From NCBI GenBank assembly GCA_023213395.1, contig CM041465.1, positions 33,549,741-33,613,740 of the forward strand: a stretch of DNA of 64,000 nt. Reading direction: 5' to 3'. Below are positions 12,664-26,514 of this stretch, in pieces (position 1 is the first letter of the stretch; the number at the start of each line of letters is the position of its first letter). The translations under genes were made by a program, and so were the position numbers. The stretch comes from Cycas panzhihuaensis (Eukaryota > Plantae > Cycadophyta). The notes below the pieces were generated by a model. It did no database searches. It was given only the letters and a program-made list of their open reading frames with translations, and was not told the origin of the DNA.

Positions 12664-13901
12664 ATGAAGACAAGAGGTGTTTAGGAAATACACTTGCCCA
12701 AAGTAAAGATAGAATTGGATGGAATGTCTTCTACATTCTAGGGTAAAATCAAGCAAGTTGGTTGGAGAGAATTTATTTTTATGCCACTTTTGTATTGGGA
12801 TTTGGACCTAATTGAATAAAGTATTGTAGCCCTAAAAAGAGGTGTCGAAAGGGTCCAACGAAATGTCGACATAATCCATACAGTTACTGGACTTCCCAAG
12901 GAAGGGGACACTCCAACAGTGACAAATAGGTCAAAAGTAGACCAAGAAACTTGGGTATGAGTGTTATGCAGGGAAATTTATTCAAAAGGAATTGATATTG
13001 CTAACATTAGGGATGAATGACTATAGTGGGTGGCCAAAGTCATTATTACCAAATTTTTGTCCAAGCAAAAACATACTTATATTCCCAACAGTATGATGCC
13101 AAATCTACCATAAATTTGGGATGGCATTAACTTAATTGGTGTGAGTTCATGGCAATGAACATAAGGCAATAGATAGAAAAAGTATGAACTCATCCCTTTT
13201 GGAATTCATCACTCTTGTTAGCAACACTATTTCATCAATTATCTGAAGCCCAACTGCTGCATATACCCATTTGTTAAGGAGAACCAACAATGAAGCAATG
13301 GATCAACATATTTCCTAGCAATGTTCAAGACTCAAAGATTAAAAGACAAGTTAAGAAAGAAATGATGAAAATGGTTAAGTGGATTCAACAGAAACCAAGC
13401 AATCCTATCGCACACTGCTCAAAGCAAGTGTTGAAGAAAAACTTAAAACGTGGAAGTGTTGAAGTGGAAGATATGGAATCCACACCATCACTTGAAGAAT
13501 GGGAGATGGAGCCTCTCTTTCAAACAGTAATAGAACCAGGAGAAGGGTCCTCTCAAGAGTAAAACCCCTTGGAGGTCAAAGGGAAACAAATCATATAGTT
13601 GGTGGAGGAAATGGAGAAAGAATACAAGACAAAAATTGTAGCCCTATAGGAAAAAATGAAAGAAAAGGATGCAATAATTGCCACTCTAACTCAGATTAAT
13701 GAAGATCTACTCAAGGTCATTGAGATTGTAGATGATCTGGGATTGCAGCAACAATCCTAACTTTGAGGAGGAGGAGGAAAACAAGCTCAAATTTTGGAAT
13801 TTTGAAACTTTTTAAAGCAAGGATGCTCAACCACTTTTGTTGACCCAAGATAGATGTGGGAGTCAAAGTTGACATCTATGTGTTCAGTTGATGGAATAGA
13901 T
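12664..13901 (+). pseudogene. A 3' accessory ORF (plant-mobile-domain-like), continuing at 21737-21808 and probably 29022-~29220
   Basis: IIHTVTGLPKEG, NWCEFMAMNIRQ and FWNSSLLLATLF..QWINIF; homologous to the ORFs at 39996 and ~44880. Confidence 0.7.
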
Positions 13902-14266
13902 TGTTGAGGGAATGGATCTAGGGATCTAGTGCACTAACACTACACAATGGCAAATAGTGGAGACAAGCACAATGTACTCAACAAGAGAATGCTAATAGCT
14001 TGAGCTCAAAGAGGAGAAGTGTAGAATATGATCACTCTCCATGTAATTTCAGCTTATATAATGAGGATGCTCATTAGGGTTTGGAATTTGAGTTTTCCCT
14101 CCCAATGACATTCAAATGAGATTACATGAAATTACAGTGAAATGAACTTTGTCATTTCACTTAAGTGACTTAGGCATAGTCACCTTATCCTAAAGTTATA
14201 AACATAAAAGTGACTTTATCTAATTCTAACTTCATGAAATGACCATGTGACATTAACATCGTCACA
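13902..14266 (-). repeat. C 3' LTR
   Basis: TGTTGAG...GTCACA direct repeat. Confidence 0.96.
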
Positions 14267-14719
14267 ATCCCCCCCTTAATGGCAAAAGGTCATTTTCCTT
14301 TATCCTATTCTAATCTATGAGGTCTTCATTATAGCCTCATTATTACATTGAGAAAAAATTCTACAGCCTACACGACACTTTTGTGGGAAAACCCTCGGGA
14401 ATAAAACCCACGAACTTGACTTCCTATTCTATGAAGTGGCTCGACGGCTCTTTGAGTGTAGCGATAGCCAAGCGTACAAGTTGGTTGTGACTTCAATCAC
14501 CGAGTCTCCATATATCGTTCGTCATCCCCATGCCCTTTCAGTTTTCATAGTTTCGATTTTGAAACAAGTACAACCCAACTCCTTCGCGCCCATGAGGGGT
14601 TTTCACGAATGGGAGAGAGCGAGACTTACTCTAATCCTTCCGCGCCCACTAGGGGTTTTCACGAATGGGATAGAGTATCTTTGGTCTGTGTACCATCTCC
14701 TTCAATCGCTTGAGATGGA

Positions 14720-17700
14720 GGCCCTACTACGAAGTTGTCAGCTGCTCAAACTTCACCCTTTGCGTAGCTTTGGTGAAGATATCACCCACTTGATCATTGT
14801 GGGGCGATGTTCCAATTGTATTGTCTTAGTCATGGACCGGCCGGATCCTATGGACTTTTGTACTAATGTGCTTTGTACGATCATGAAAAAGGATTCTTGG
14901 CCATGTGGATTCTTGTTGATTATCCACATGTAAGCTCGTTGGACTTGTCTGGGTGATATCCAAAGTATGTAATAATTTGCGAAGCCATATCACCTCCTTG
15001 CTAGTTTCAGAAGCAGCTATGTATTCGGCTTGAAGAGAATCTGCAGTGATTTTCCGCCGCCTTGACCGCCATGAAATTGGAGCTGTTCCAAGAAATGTGA
15101 TGTACCCGGACGTTGATCTTCCTGTATTTTTGTCACCGGCAAAATCCGAGTCTGTGTATGTAAAGTCCGAAATCATTGTTGTGCTCATACAACAAACCAA
15201 GTTTGTTGGTTGTCTTTAGGTACTTCAACACTATATTCTTTGCCACAATGGTTTTGCTTTGGAGTTGTCATGTGGCGGGCAAGAATGCCAACGGCATGGG
15301 CAATATCTGGCCTTGTGTTGGTAACATAAATGAGGCTACCTACAAGTTGCCGATAGAGTGTTGCATCTGCCTCTCGAGTGTCTTCATCGAAAAGTTTGGC
15401 ATTAGGCTCCATTGGAGTATACATCGATACGCATCTTCTAATCCGAACTTGATTAGAAGATCGTTGATGTATTTTCCTTGGGAGAGAAAGATTTTTCTGT
15501 TGCATTGAGTTACCTCAATTCCCAAGTAATATCTCATTAGTCCGAGGTCAGACAGTTCGAAGGATTTTGACAAGTCCATCTTTAATTTGCTAATATCCTT
15601 CTCACTATTTCCAGTTATCAGCATGTCGTCCACAAAGATCAGGAGATATGTGACTTTGCCTTTTTCTCTCTTAATAAACAAAGTTGCATCAATGTCTTGA
15701 TAGTAACATAACTCATATCCAAGTTGCCTCATTTTGTTGGACAACTTGGTGAACCAAGCGTGAGGGGCTTGTTTTAGGCCATATAACGACTTTTTCAGTC
15801 TACACACTTTACTCCCGTCTGCTATCTCAAAGCCTTCAGGCTGTGTCATGTAGATTTCTTCTTCCAAATCTCCATTGAGAAAAGCAGTTTTCACATCGAG
15901 TTGGTGGATTTTCCAACCCTGTTGAGCAGCCAAGGCCACAAGTGCTCTGATTGTGGGCCATTTAGTAGTTGGTGCGAAGACTTTTGTGTAGTCGATGCCT
16001 TCCCTTTGGGTGAATCCTTTTGCGACCAACCTCGCCTTGTGTTTTTCAAGGGTGCCGTCGATCCAGATTTATTTTTGAACAACCATTTGTTTCTGACTAC
16101 CTTCCTTCCCAAAGGCAGATCAACGAGCTCCCATGTACCGCTCTTGATCAAGGATTGGTATTCCTCATTCATGGCATTTCTCCAAACCGTGTGTTTCATG
16201 CCTTCTTGGTATGATAGAGGCTCGTCATTTGAAGCAAGGTGCGATCACTGGTTCAAGCTCTATGGGAAGTGATGTTTGCTCCCTTGCTCAGAGGCACCAC
16301 TTGAGTGCCGCTTTGCCTACCTCATCAGATCTCAAGTCTTTGTGCAACTGGTAGGCTTCTCGAAAACCTTTGGTTGGGAATGAGGTTTTCATTTCCACAA
16401 CATCCTGGTCTTCATTTTGATCCTGAAAAGGATCATGGGAGATGTATGGTTCGGAGGTTGATGACATTGCTGGAGAAGACAACCCTACAACTGAAGGTGG
16501 TGAAGGTGGTTCTTCTGCAACTCCTTTTCCTTTTGATGCTTGACATGGTGATTCCTGGCTATTCTCCCAAGATGGCACTAGGTTTGCGCACATTGGCACA
16601 GGATCTGAGTCAAGGATAGTGTCCTCCGAGGCTCTATTGTTAGATTCCAAAATTTTGAGTATTTCTTCAATGTCGCCCCCCCCAAATGTTGGAATCTGTA
16701 CATCATCTTTCTGGACATCGTTGTATCTATGAGATGGTGCTTTAGAATCAAGTTGAAGTAGTTGATCCTCTGTCTCCGCAAACACCACATCTCTAGTGAT
16801 AATGATCTTCTTTAATGTTGGAATGAAGACCTTGTACCCTTTCTTGTTCATGGGGTACCCAACAAAGATGCCCTTTAAAGCTCGTGGTTGGAGCTTATTT
16901 CTATGCTCATCAAGAATGTGAGCATAACAAGTAGAGCCAAAAATTTTGAAGTGATGGACTAGGGGTCCGTCCACCCATCGCTCATTTGGAGACGCCGAGC
17001 TTCGATGGACTTATGTTGTTCATGCAAGAGACTGCAGATAAATAGCTTCGCCCAAAGATATGCACATTCTTGAAGACAAGCATAGCTCGTGCCATATTCA
17101 TTATGGTTCTATTAGCCCTTTCAAAGAACTCCATTCTACCGAGGGGTACCGCAATAGTTGTTTGATGCTTGATCCTCACGACACAAGAAGTCTTGAATTC
17201 ATTTGAAGTGTATTCGCCACCATTGTCACCCCGAGACACTTGATTGATATCTGGATTCCTTCTTTGTGAGAGCCTTGAATGCCTTGAATACTGTGAATGC
17301 TTCATCTTTTGATTTGAGAAAGGTCACCCATACCTTTCGAGTGAAGTCATCAATAAATGTAATATAGTACCTCTTCCTGTGAGAGAAGGGATAGGCATAG
17401 GCCCACAGATGTCTGAGTGTACTAATTCAAGAGGTTGACTGGCTTTCCATTGACTTTGGGGAAATGGTTGTCTGTGGGATTTGGCAATAATGCAAGCTTC
17501 ACATTTGAATGGCTTAGAGGAAAATCTGGGCAAACCTGGAGTAGAATGAGAGATTTCCTTAAGCCGATCAAGTTTGACGTGCCCCATGCAAGCATGCCAA
17601 AGAGCTTCTAGGGACAGCTTGGAATGAGTCAATGTGACATTATATGCAAGTTCTTCCACGACACGGATGGGGCAACAACTTGGTATGCGGAAGAAGACAA

Positions 17701-19197
17701 TGTGGTTCATCGGTCTAAATAGCTTACCTTCAAGTTTCCTCCATTACCACGTAACATGAAGGCGGGTGAATAACACTAAGAACTTGATCATTAGTCAGTG
17801 ACACTCGTGTCGAATCCACGGAGACAAGTGTGGATAACGACGTAAGGTTTTGTTTGAGATGGGGAATATACAAGACATCTTTAAAGTAAAATTGGCAAGC
17901 ACAGGAGCTTGAGCATATAGTGCCCATGCCTTGAACAGGTTGTGTCGACTTATCGGCCATGTGTACTACTCCGGTGACCTCTGAATCAAAATCCTGAAAG
18001 AAGTCCCAGTGACAAGTCATGTGCTGGGTAGCTCCTGTGTCCATAACCCAGTCTGATGATGATGTTGATGCAGCATTTGCCTGTCCAAGTGGTCGAGGTA
18101 GTGGCGAATCAAGCTGACAAATGGCTGTGCCACAGTGTGCCTCGATGTACCTCTTAGGTCTAGAAGCAATAGATGAAGTGGATGCTTCCCTGCTTTGTTG
18201 AATACGTGCCTCAATGAGATTTGCTCTTGCAAATAAGTCATCATGACTCTCATCAACATTGTGGGCTTGATGTTGCTGTTGTTGATGACGAGGCAATCTA
18301 CTGTAGTCAATGCGGCAATCTTTTGCAAGGTGTCATTTCCTGTTACACCTTTGACACGTGGGAGCATTGTTGTTTGGCTATCTCGATTGGCCTTTTGACT
18401 ACTGCTTTGTCACGCCTTGTTGTTGCCTTTGCTGTTGTCCCTGTTGCTTTCCTCGCCTTCCATGACCTCTTCTTCCTCTGCGTGAAGATTGACCTTGCTG
18501 TTTGGTGTAGTATACTTCCTCGTCCCATGTCGACTTCAAAGGCTGCATCAGGAGTTGAATTCGAAAGTGGGAAGCTAGTAGTGAAGGTCTTGTCATGTTC
18601 AATAAACTTCTCGCCTAATGCTTGAAGTTGAGGGTCTTGATGTGCGATGATCAAGATTTCCTAGCGTGTTCTTATAATCGTGAACATGCATCGGATTGAA
18701 TTAGAAGGCCCAAGTTATGCATTGGGTCTTAAAATCCCTATCAATGGCCTCGCTTAATGGGGCGAAGAGCATTGATAGTTTCATGTGCTCGCCCTTTACG
18801 CATTCGCATCTTGTTCATCTTCAATACCATATGAACAAACTCCAAGTCCGATCGAGTATCAAGTTTCTTTTGAGGACTTGAGGACCTTGAAGAAAGCGAT
18901 GTCGCTGCGTGTCATCGATCGGGTTGTGCAAGGAGTAATCAGAACTAGCAGGATCCCCGCCCGATCTTCCGGGTCTTCAATGATCCACCGCCGCCGCTGC
19001 GGATTATGAGCAGGAGGAGCTGGAGGTGTGCCACCACCGCGGTGTGGTGCCTGGCCGCAGTACTATCGGGGTTCGCTTCCAAGTGGTCCAAAAAGTCCCT
19101 CATACTTGGCTGCGTTCTTAACTCCCGTGAACCATAGATCCCAATTCTCCTTCCCTTTTAGCATACAATTCACATTCTGCTTGAAGTTGGTCGACAT
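14720..19197 (-). pseudogene. pol: C gag-pol (gag, Zn knuckle, PR, GAG-pre-integrase, INT, RT, RNase H), heavily frameshifted
   Basis: ATG at 19197 (MSTNFKQNVNCMLKGKENWDLW); CQRCNRK*HLAKDC; WVMDTGATQHM; LVHSDICGP; QLDVKTAFLNG; LKKSLYGLKQAP; IFVDDML; YTDSDFAGD. Confidence 0.95.
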
Positions 19198-20075
19198 GGT
19201 GGTGTGAAAAGATGAATAAGAGTGATGTATATAAATGTGTAGGAAAATGCACTAAGTAGAAGAAGGTGGAGTCACTGACACTTGTGATAGGTTTACCTGA
19301 CGTAGCAGGGAATAATGAAGTAATGCAATGTAAGATGTGGAAGCAAAGAGATCACAAATAAGTATGTGATGTAAGTAATCTAATCAAGATAAGTGAGAAG
19401 GCCTATATAGAAGCCGGCATGTGGGTGCACACAACTGATAACCAAAGTGATGTAGGATGTGTAACAAACCCAAACCTCTAACCTGTATCCAAAGTAGGTG
19501 AGGTGTCAATGCCTAAGGGGGCTTCTAGTATACGTAATTAATGGCCTTCACCCGCGATACCCGCACCGTTCCTTGGTGATGAAATCCAAGTAAACGTGGA
19601 GCCCAGGTACTGTCGATCCTCACCTAGTTCACCAATGAGTAGCGATATACTCTCCGAAGAGAAGTACGTGCATGTCCCACAGCTATGACGGATATTGGCC
19701 TAGCTAAATTAATTATTTTGATTAAGGGTTTTTAGTTTTTTCGGATGGTTATCAGGATAATCCCTGATTGGAGGCCGTAGGTATGGCTAACCTGTTCCTC
19801 CACCACTATACCGGTTATGACCAGACCCAGTATGAAACTCACACCTCCCTTAGGGCCTGGACTTCGGCCAACCTTGGTCTATTTCAACCAAGGCGAGTAT
19901 GCGCACAAGTCAAGAACTAGCGGTATAAAGTCGTCGAGATGAGTTGATTTTAAGGAAAGTGCTCTTGTTCTCGAATGTCATGTAAAAATAACTAAAAACT
20001 GAATGTAAATGAATGTAAATGCTCTACTTAAGTGTTGTTGCCGTGTCCAAGTGTAGTGATGACGTGTCCACCTAG

Positions 20076-20130
20076 TGCCCAAATGGCACTCTATGTGCCC
20101 AAGTGGCACTCTATGTGCCCAAGTGGCACT
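20076..20130. repeat. 20-bp tandem repeat (GTGCCCAAGTGGCACTCTAT x~2.7) in the leader of C
   Basis: Directly visible; each unit contains the GTGCC...GGCAC inverted pair. Confidence 0.85.
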
Positions 20131-21369
20131 CAATGAAGTCTCCAAGTGTATGCAACCATTAAAATCATATACATGATGAGCCGAATCATCGGATATTGCT
20201 CCAATCCAGATGATTGGCTTTACAAAGGATTTAAGTACCTTGTTCTTTTTACAAAAGGGCCAAAATAGGCCTCTAAAAGCCACAAAGGCTATAAATGTCT
20301 TTAAAAAACCCCTTTTACATACAATAATTTTTTTTTTTTTTTTTTATAAAAAGAAGGAAAAAAAACTAAAAATTTGAGAAATATAATGTATGCTGAAAAA
20401 TCAAATTTTCAGCAAACTAAGTCTCATTGTTAGACTGCATCTATTGTACCCCTATATGGCACAGATTTCAAAAATTTTTTTAAAAATTAAAAATTTCCAG
20501 ATTTGCTGGCCTTCACCTGCACTTTACAAATATACAAAAATTTTTGAAAAATCTTATAAAAAACAGGCAAAAAAACCAGTTTTAACTCGCGGCCAAAATG
20601 TACTAAAAAACCTAAAAATTGTCATAACTTTTCAACGGAGCGTTAGATTCATGTGAGACCTGTCCCAAATGATAGATCGGGACAAGGAGATCCAAAAACA
20701 TGTATTACAGCAGGAAAAAACTCTTCAGATTTTTCTAGATCTGAGATTTTTAAATTTGGAGAATGATTGCAAAAACAGGTTGTTTGACCCCTTTAAACTC
20801 AAAATCTCGCATCACTCCAGTAGACAAAAGTGCTTAGGAGGCCAAGACGCGCCTACTGGTGAAATTTCGTGCGATTCTGGGCACTTTGATTTTTTGGCCG
20901 TACCACTGTACAAAATCCGTACAGTCTGTACCGTGTCCGTACGGTTTGGTTTTATACTTTAAAATCTGCCTCTAATCAGTGAGAGTTACTGATTTCTTCT
21001 TCTGCAACCTTGAAATCTAACTTTTACTGCAAAAAAATGGCCAAAAATAGGCCAAAATGTCAGATTTGGGACTCAAAAAGATGGCTGAAAATTGCTAACA
21101 GCTGAACAATTCTTGTGCTCCTTTAGGCCTGCAAATAGGTTGCTTTTAAGCAGCCACACTCCTTCCTCTTATCTGCAGAAATAAAATAATACAACAACAT
21201 ATAATTTTGTACTAAAAATCTGCTATAAAAAGAGCTTTAAAAAATGGATTTTTAAAAAAAATCTCAACTCTTCACTTCACATGAATGGTGAAGAAGAGGA
21301 GAACATAGCTTGCAATCTCCTTGCAAGTGAGTGTGGCACTAGGATCCACCCAATGGCTCTGATACCACT

Positions 21370-21736
21370 TGTTGAGGGAATGGATCTAGGGATCTAGTGC
21401 ACTAACACTACACAATGGCAAATAGTGGAGACAAGCACAATGTACTTAACAAGAGAATGCTAATAGCTTGAGCTCAAAGAGGAGAAGTGTAGAATATGAT
21501 CACTCTCCATGTAATTTCAGCTTATATAATGAGGATGCTCATTAGGGTTTGGAATTTGAGTTTTCCCTCCCAATGACATTCAAATGAGATTACATGAAAT
21601 TACAGTGAAATGAACTTTATGTCATTTCACTTAAGTGATTTAGGCATAGTCACCTTATCCTAAAGTTATAAACATAAAAGTGACTTTATCTAATTCTAAC
21701 TTCATGAAATGACCATGTGACATTAACATCGTCACA
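21370..21736 (-). repeat. C 5' LTR
   Basis: Follows the PBS; near-identical to 13902-14266. Confidence 0.96.
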
Positions 21737-21808
21737 TAAATGCCATCTGGCATGTAATAAGACATGATGCCATCTGGCATTTAATAAGACATTGCAAATG
21801 CAATTGAG

Positions 21809-22201
21809 TGAAAAAATACAAACAAGATCAAAATAACTTATGTGCATACAAATATTAAGGCAAAAACATAATTGAACAACATATCAAAGCAAACTTATTG
21901 CTTTGAATTGAGACTGGCAAACTGATTACACCATCAATTTATATTCTGGCAGGGCTTTGCCATATCAAATGATTCAATGTATAAATGAGGGCATTCGAGT
22001 CTAATTTATAGACCATGATATGCTTCAGAGAATAATCTCATTAGTTGAGATAATAGGCCAATATTATTGGCCTGATATTCGACAAGAGGGCAGACTTGAT
22101 ATTACATTATATTATAATTCAATTTACAAAGAGGTAAACTAATGGTACAATTATACATAAAAATACATTTTACAAATGAGGTATCGTTAAATGTTTTAAC
22201 A
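21809..22201 (-). repeat. D 3' LTR
   Basis: TGAAAA...TTTAACA; matches 28630-29021. Confidence 0.9.
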
Positions 22202-25200
22202 CCCTTTCTTAACGACAACTCTGTTTATCTTGACGTTGAGATCATGCTGGAACCTTTTGAACTTTGTTCTCCTAAGTACTTTGGTGAAGATGTTTGCCAC
22301 TTGGTCCTCAATCGATTGATACACTAAGTCAACTTCTTCATTTTGCACATGCTCACGGATGAAGTGAGGATGGACCTCTATGTGTTTAGTTCTCACATGG
22401 AAGACATGATTCTTGGTCATCTTCAAAACACTCTAATTATCACAAAAGAGATTGGTGGCTTGAGTTTGATGCAGTCCAAATTCTACAAGAATCTTGCATA
22501 GCCAAATCACTTTAGTGGTGGCATGACTAGTTACTTTGTGTTTGACTTCTGTGGAGGAGACAACAATATTTGGTTGTTTCTTATAGCTCCAAGAGATTAT
22601 AGTTGAGTTCATGTCGAAGCAGTACCCTAATGTAGAATGGCATGAGTCTTGGCAACCAACCCAATCAACATCTATGTGTCCTTTTAGGATAGGATTGTCA
22701 ACTTGGTTGTAGTCAAGGCCAAGTTGAAGTGTATCACAAATGTATTTGAGAATTCTCGTGGTGACTTTCCAACGAGTTGCCTTGAGTTGTGAAATATATC
22801 TAGAACAGATCCCAACTGCATAGGAGATATCCAGTCGAGTGCGAGTGAGGTAGATCAAACTCCCAACTAACTGCTATTACAAGGTGAGATCAAAGGGCTT
22901 GCCTTGTTCATCTAAAGTTGGCTTGGTCCCTGTTTCCATTGGTATTGGTGATGGTTTGCAGTCGCCCATTCTAAACTACTGCAGAAGTTCATTAGCATAT
23001 TTAGATTGTGACCAAATTCTTGCCACACTTCAATACCAAGGAAATAATGTAGCAACACAAGGTCTATCATCTCGAAGTTGCTTTTAAGTTCTGATTGGAG
23101 CCAAGATATTCCATCATCATCATTTCTAGTTATTGCCAAGTCGTCTACATAAAGCACTATGATAATGATCAGATTGCCCCTAAACAAAATGTAGAGATCA
23201 GGATCAAAGGGTGAACGAGTGAATCCATGTTGTTTGAAGAAGGCATCAATCTTGGCATTCTAGGCACGTGGTGCTTGCTTCAATCCATAAAGGGCTTTCT
23301 TGAGCTTCCAAACTAGGTGTTCTTTTCCAAGAACAACATAGTTGGGAGGTTGCTTCAAGAAAACCTCTTCAGTGTGTTCTCCATTCAGGAAGGCACTCTT
23401 CACATTCATCTGGTAAACATGCCAATTGAATTGAGTTGCAAGTGACATAACCAAACAGAATGTGGTCATGTTGGCAACAGTTGTAAAGGTCTCTTCATAA
23501 TCAATCCCCTCTTGTTGTTTGAAAACCTTTGCAACTAGGTGAGCTTTGTGATGCTCAATGGTATTATCGGCATGAAATTTTGTCTTATAAAGCCATTGAC
23601 AATCAATTGGCTTCTTTCTAGGTGGTGGTTCAATCAGCTTCCATGTGTCATTCTTAATGATTGAGGTCATTTCTTCATCCATCATAGCTTTCTACATTTG
23701 GTCTTTGACTACCTTCTCAAACGTGAAAGGCTCAGAAGTCACAAGGACATGTGCCATTAATGCATAGTTTGTGGAGTGCCTCATTTTAGACTCTTTTTTG
23801 GGAGCAGTAGGAGGAGAAGATGCATTCTTTATTAGTTGTTAGTACCACTTAGGAGGTTTTTGAATGCTAGTGGCTTCCACCTGAATATCATTGACTGATA
23901 TAGGTGGTATTGTAGAGATGGCATCTAATGTTGATGTTGAAGTTAAGGATGTTGAAGATGGACTTGGCGTGTAGGACGTTGTTGGTGCAGGTGGCTTAAG
24001 AATTGATGCTAGAGGCAGTTCTGGAATAACATCATTATTTGCAACAAACTAAATTTGTGAAGGGTCCAAGTTTGGTGTGTCTTCAACAAAAATGACATGC
24101 TGAGTTGTATGTACCTGATTTCCGACAGGGTCATACACCTTGCAAGCTATACATTTGGGCATATAACCAAGGAAGATGCACTTGAGGCTCTTGTCATCCA
24201 AACTTTTCCCTGTTTTTTTTAAGGATGAACTTGTAAGCGGTGTAGCCGAATGTCTAGTGTGAGATAGTAGGCTTTATTCCTAACCAAGCCTCCTTAGGTG
24301 TTATATCTGTTACTGCTACAATGACACTTTTGTTTGTGAGGCAAGCAACAATAGAGAGTTTTAGCCCAAAAATGGGTAGCAAGGTTTGCAACACTCAACA
24401 TAGCCTTTTCCTTGTTCACCAAAGTTTGGTTCATTCTTTTTGTCACACCATTTTGTTGGGGTGTGCGTGGAGTGGAGAATTGGCATTTTATCTAGAATTC
24501 TCAGCAGAAATTGGTGAACTGATTTGAAGTGTATTCTTCTCCATTGTCTGATTTAAGCACCTCGATTGTCATGTTGGTTTCATTTTCAATTTCTGTCTTG
24601 AAGTTCCTAAATTTCTCAAAAGCTTTATATTTGTGTCAAAGAAAGTAGACCTAAACTTTCCTTGAATAATTATCAATGAAGGTCGTGAAGAACCAACTTC
24701 CATTGAGGGAAGAAACTGACATGGGTCCACAGATATCTGGGTGGACTAATCCCAATGGTTCAAATGCACAACATGCCTTGTTGGAAGGGAATGGCTCTCT
24801 TTGTTGTTTGCCCACTAAGCAAGCCTCACAAATGTAGTCGGTTCTTTTGATTTTTGAAAACCCATGCACTATTTGTAGCCTATACATGAGATTAAGGCTT
24901 TGCATGTTTATGTGACCTAGGCATTGGTGCCATAATTGGTCCTTGGTGCTCTTTGATGGGGGCTGCTCATCTTGATGTGAACATTCATCTTGGATTTCTT
25001 CCATGGGTGGTTACCCAAGTGATTGGTTTGTACAAATGCATAACTTTGATTGGCATCTTGTTGTGGGGAGGTGACGAGGGGAACTCCAATTTGTATAGCC
25101 CACTATTCTCATGTCCTCTAGCTATCTGTCCTGTGGCATGATTTGTGATGGTGCAAACACCTTGGCTAAATAAAACATCAAGGTTCTGCTTGTTGATCTA

Positions 25201-26514
25201 GCTAATTGATAAGAAATTTTATTTCAAGCCAAGAACCAAAAGAATGTTGTTAATATGCTTGCGAACAATGGAGTTCTTCAAAGCTATAGGGGCTCTTCTA
25301 ATTTTGGTGGCATCATATGTGAGATTCTCTCCAAATATCATCATTTAAGCCCTAATCAGATGTGTATCCTCAAGAAGGTCTTCAATGCTAGTCATGTGAC
25401 AAGTGGTACCCAAATCAATCAACCAAAAATTGTCATCACGTTGAGATGACAAGGCATAGAAACGATTTTCTGAGTTGCCTTGTGAGTCAACTACATTGCC
25501 TCCTTGTTGAGCATTCCAATTGAACCTTTGGTTCCTTGGTTGGTTTCTTTGCATGTTAGGTTGCCCTTGATTCTGATTTTCAGGTTGGTTCTTGTTTTGT
25601 TGAAAGTGTTGGCCCCCTTGTTGTCCACCTAGGTTTGTAGGAGTTGTAGATCTGCTTGTCTCCTTCTATAATCTACTACCAGATGCCCATTCTTGCCACA
25701 ATACATGCAGATGACTTTGTCTTCTCTATTGATTCCTTGAAGGTTGTGGCTGTGGTTGTTGTTATGTGAGATTTAATGAACCAAACTGTTGAGCAATGGT
25801 TTGCAATTGAGGTGGTTGTTGACATGGTTTTTAAGGTGGTTGATCCCTCCCTGAATTTCTGGCTGCAAATGCAGATGCATAGCCAGATGCGGATGCCACT
25901 CCTTGGCGATTTAGGATGTTCTCCTCCCTAAGCAAAAGTTCTTTCAAGGTATTGAATTCTATTTTGGCAAACGTATCATCTAGTCTAGATACAAAACTAT
26001 TGTATTTAATGGGAAGGATGTTGATGACACTAGACACTAAGTCATGGTCAGAATGAGGGGAACCAAGGTTGATGAATTGATTTCTAATGGTTTTGATTTT
26101 TGTAAGGTGTGCAACTATAGTGCTAGCAAAGAGAATGGAGAAGAGACAAGCTTTCAAGGTGATGGACCTTGAATCATCTTTTCTCTCATAGAGGGAGCAT
26201 ATGATGTTCCAAGCCTCATGAGTTGTTTAAGCAATTTCAATGTTTTGATCTTCTTGGTCTTCTACAACAAGGTGTAGGAAGGAAAGGGAAATGTTATCTT
26301 TGGTTTTAAAAGTTGCTAGGATAACAATATCTAGTGGAATCTCTTGATCACGGTTGTTTGGGTCCTTGGTGGGTGCTGGTTGAGCAATAACCCCATTGAC
26401 ATAGGCCCAATAGTCATTCATTATCAAGAGGTTTTTGACTTATTTTTTCCAAGCCATAAAATTATTAGTTCCACTAAGTTTAACTGTGTTTGACACAAGC
26501 ATTTATGCTACCAT
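22196..26514 (-). pseudogene. pol: D gag-pol, many in-frame stops
   Basis: WLIDLGTTCHMT; LWHQCLGH; LVHPDICGP; QMNVKSAFLNG; LYVDDL; RTKHIEV; QVANIFTK. Confidence 0.95.

Larger units (their letters stand above)
13902..21736 (-). mobile_element. Element C: full-length, young Ty1/Copia (7835 bp)
   Basis: LTRs 13902-14266 and 21370-21736 differ by about 2 substitutions and one 2-bp indel. TSD TAGAT/TAAAT. PBS-Met at 21356-21367. PPT ATTAAGGGGGGGAT at 14267-14280. Confidence 0.96.

Noticed and set aside
14436-18625. Plus-strand ORFs within C (and similar antisense ORFs across D, F and H)
   Set aside because: Antisense shadows of pol with no recognisable domains.
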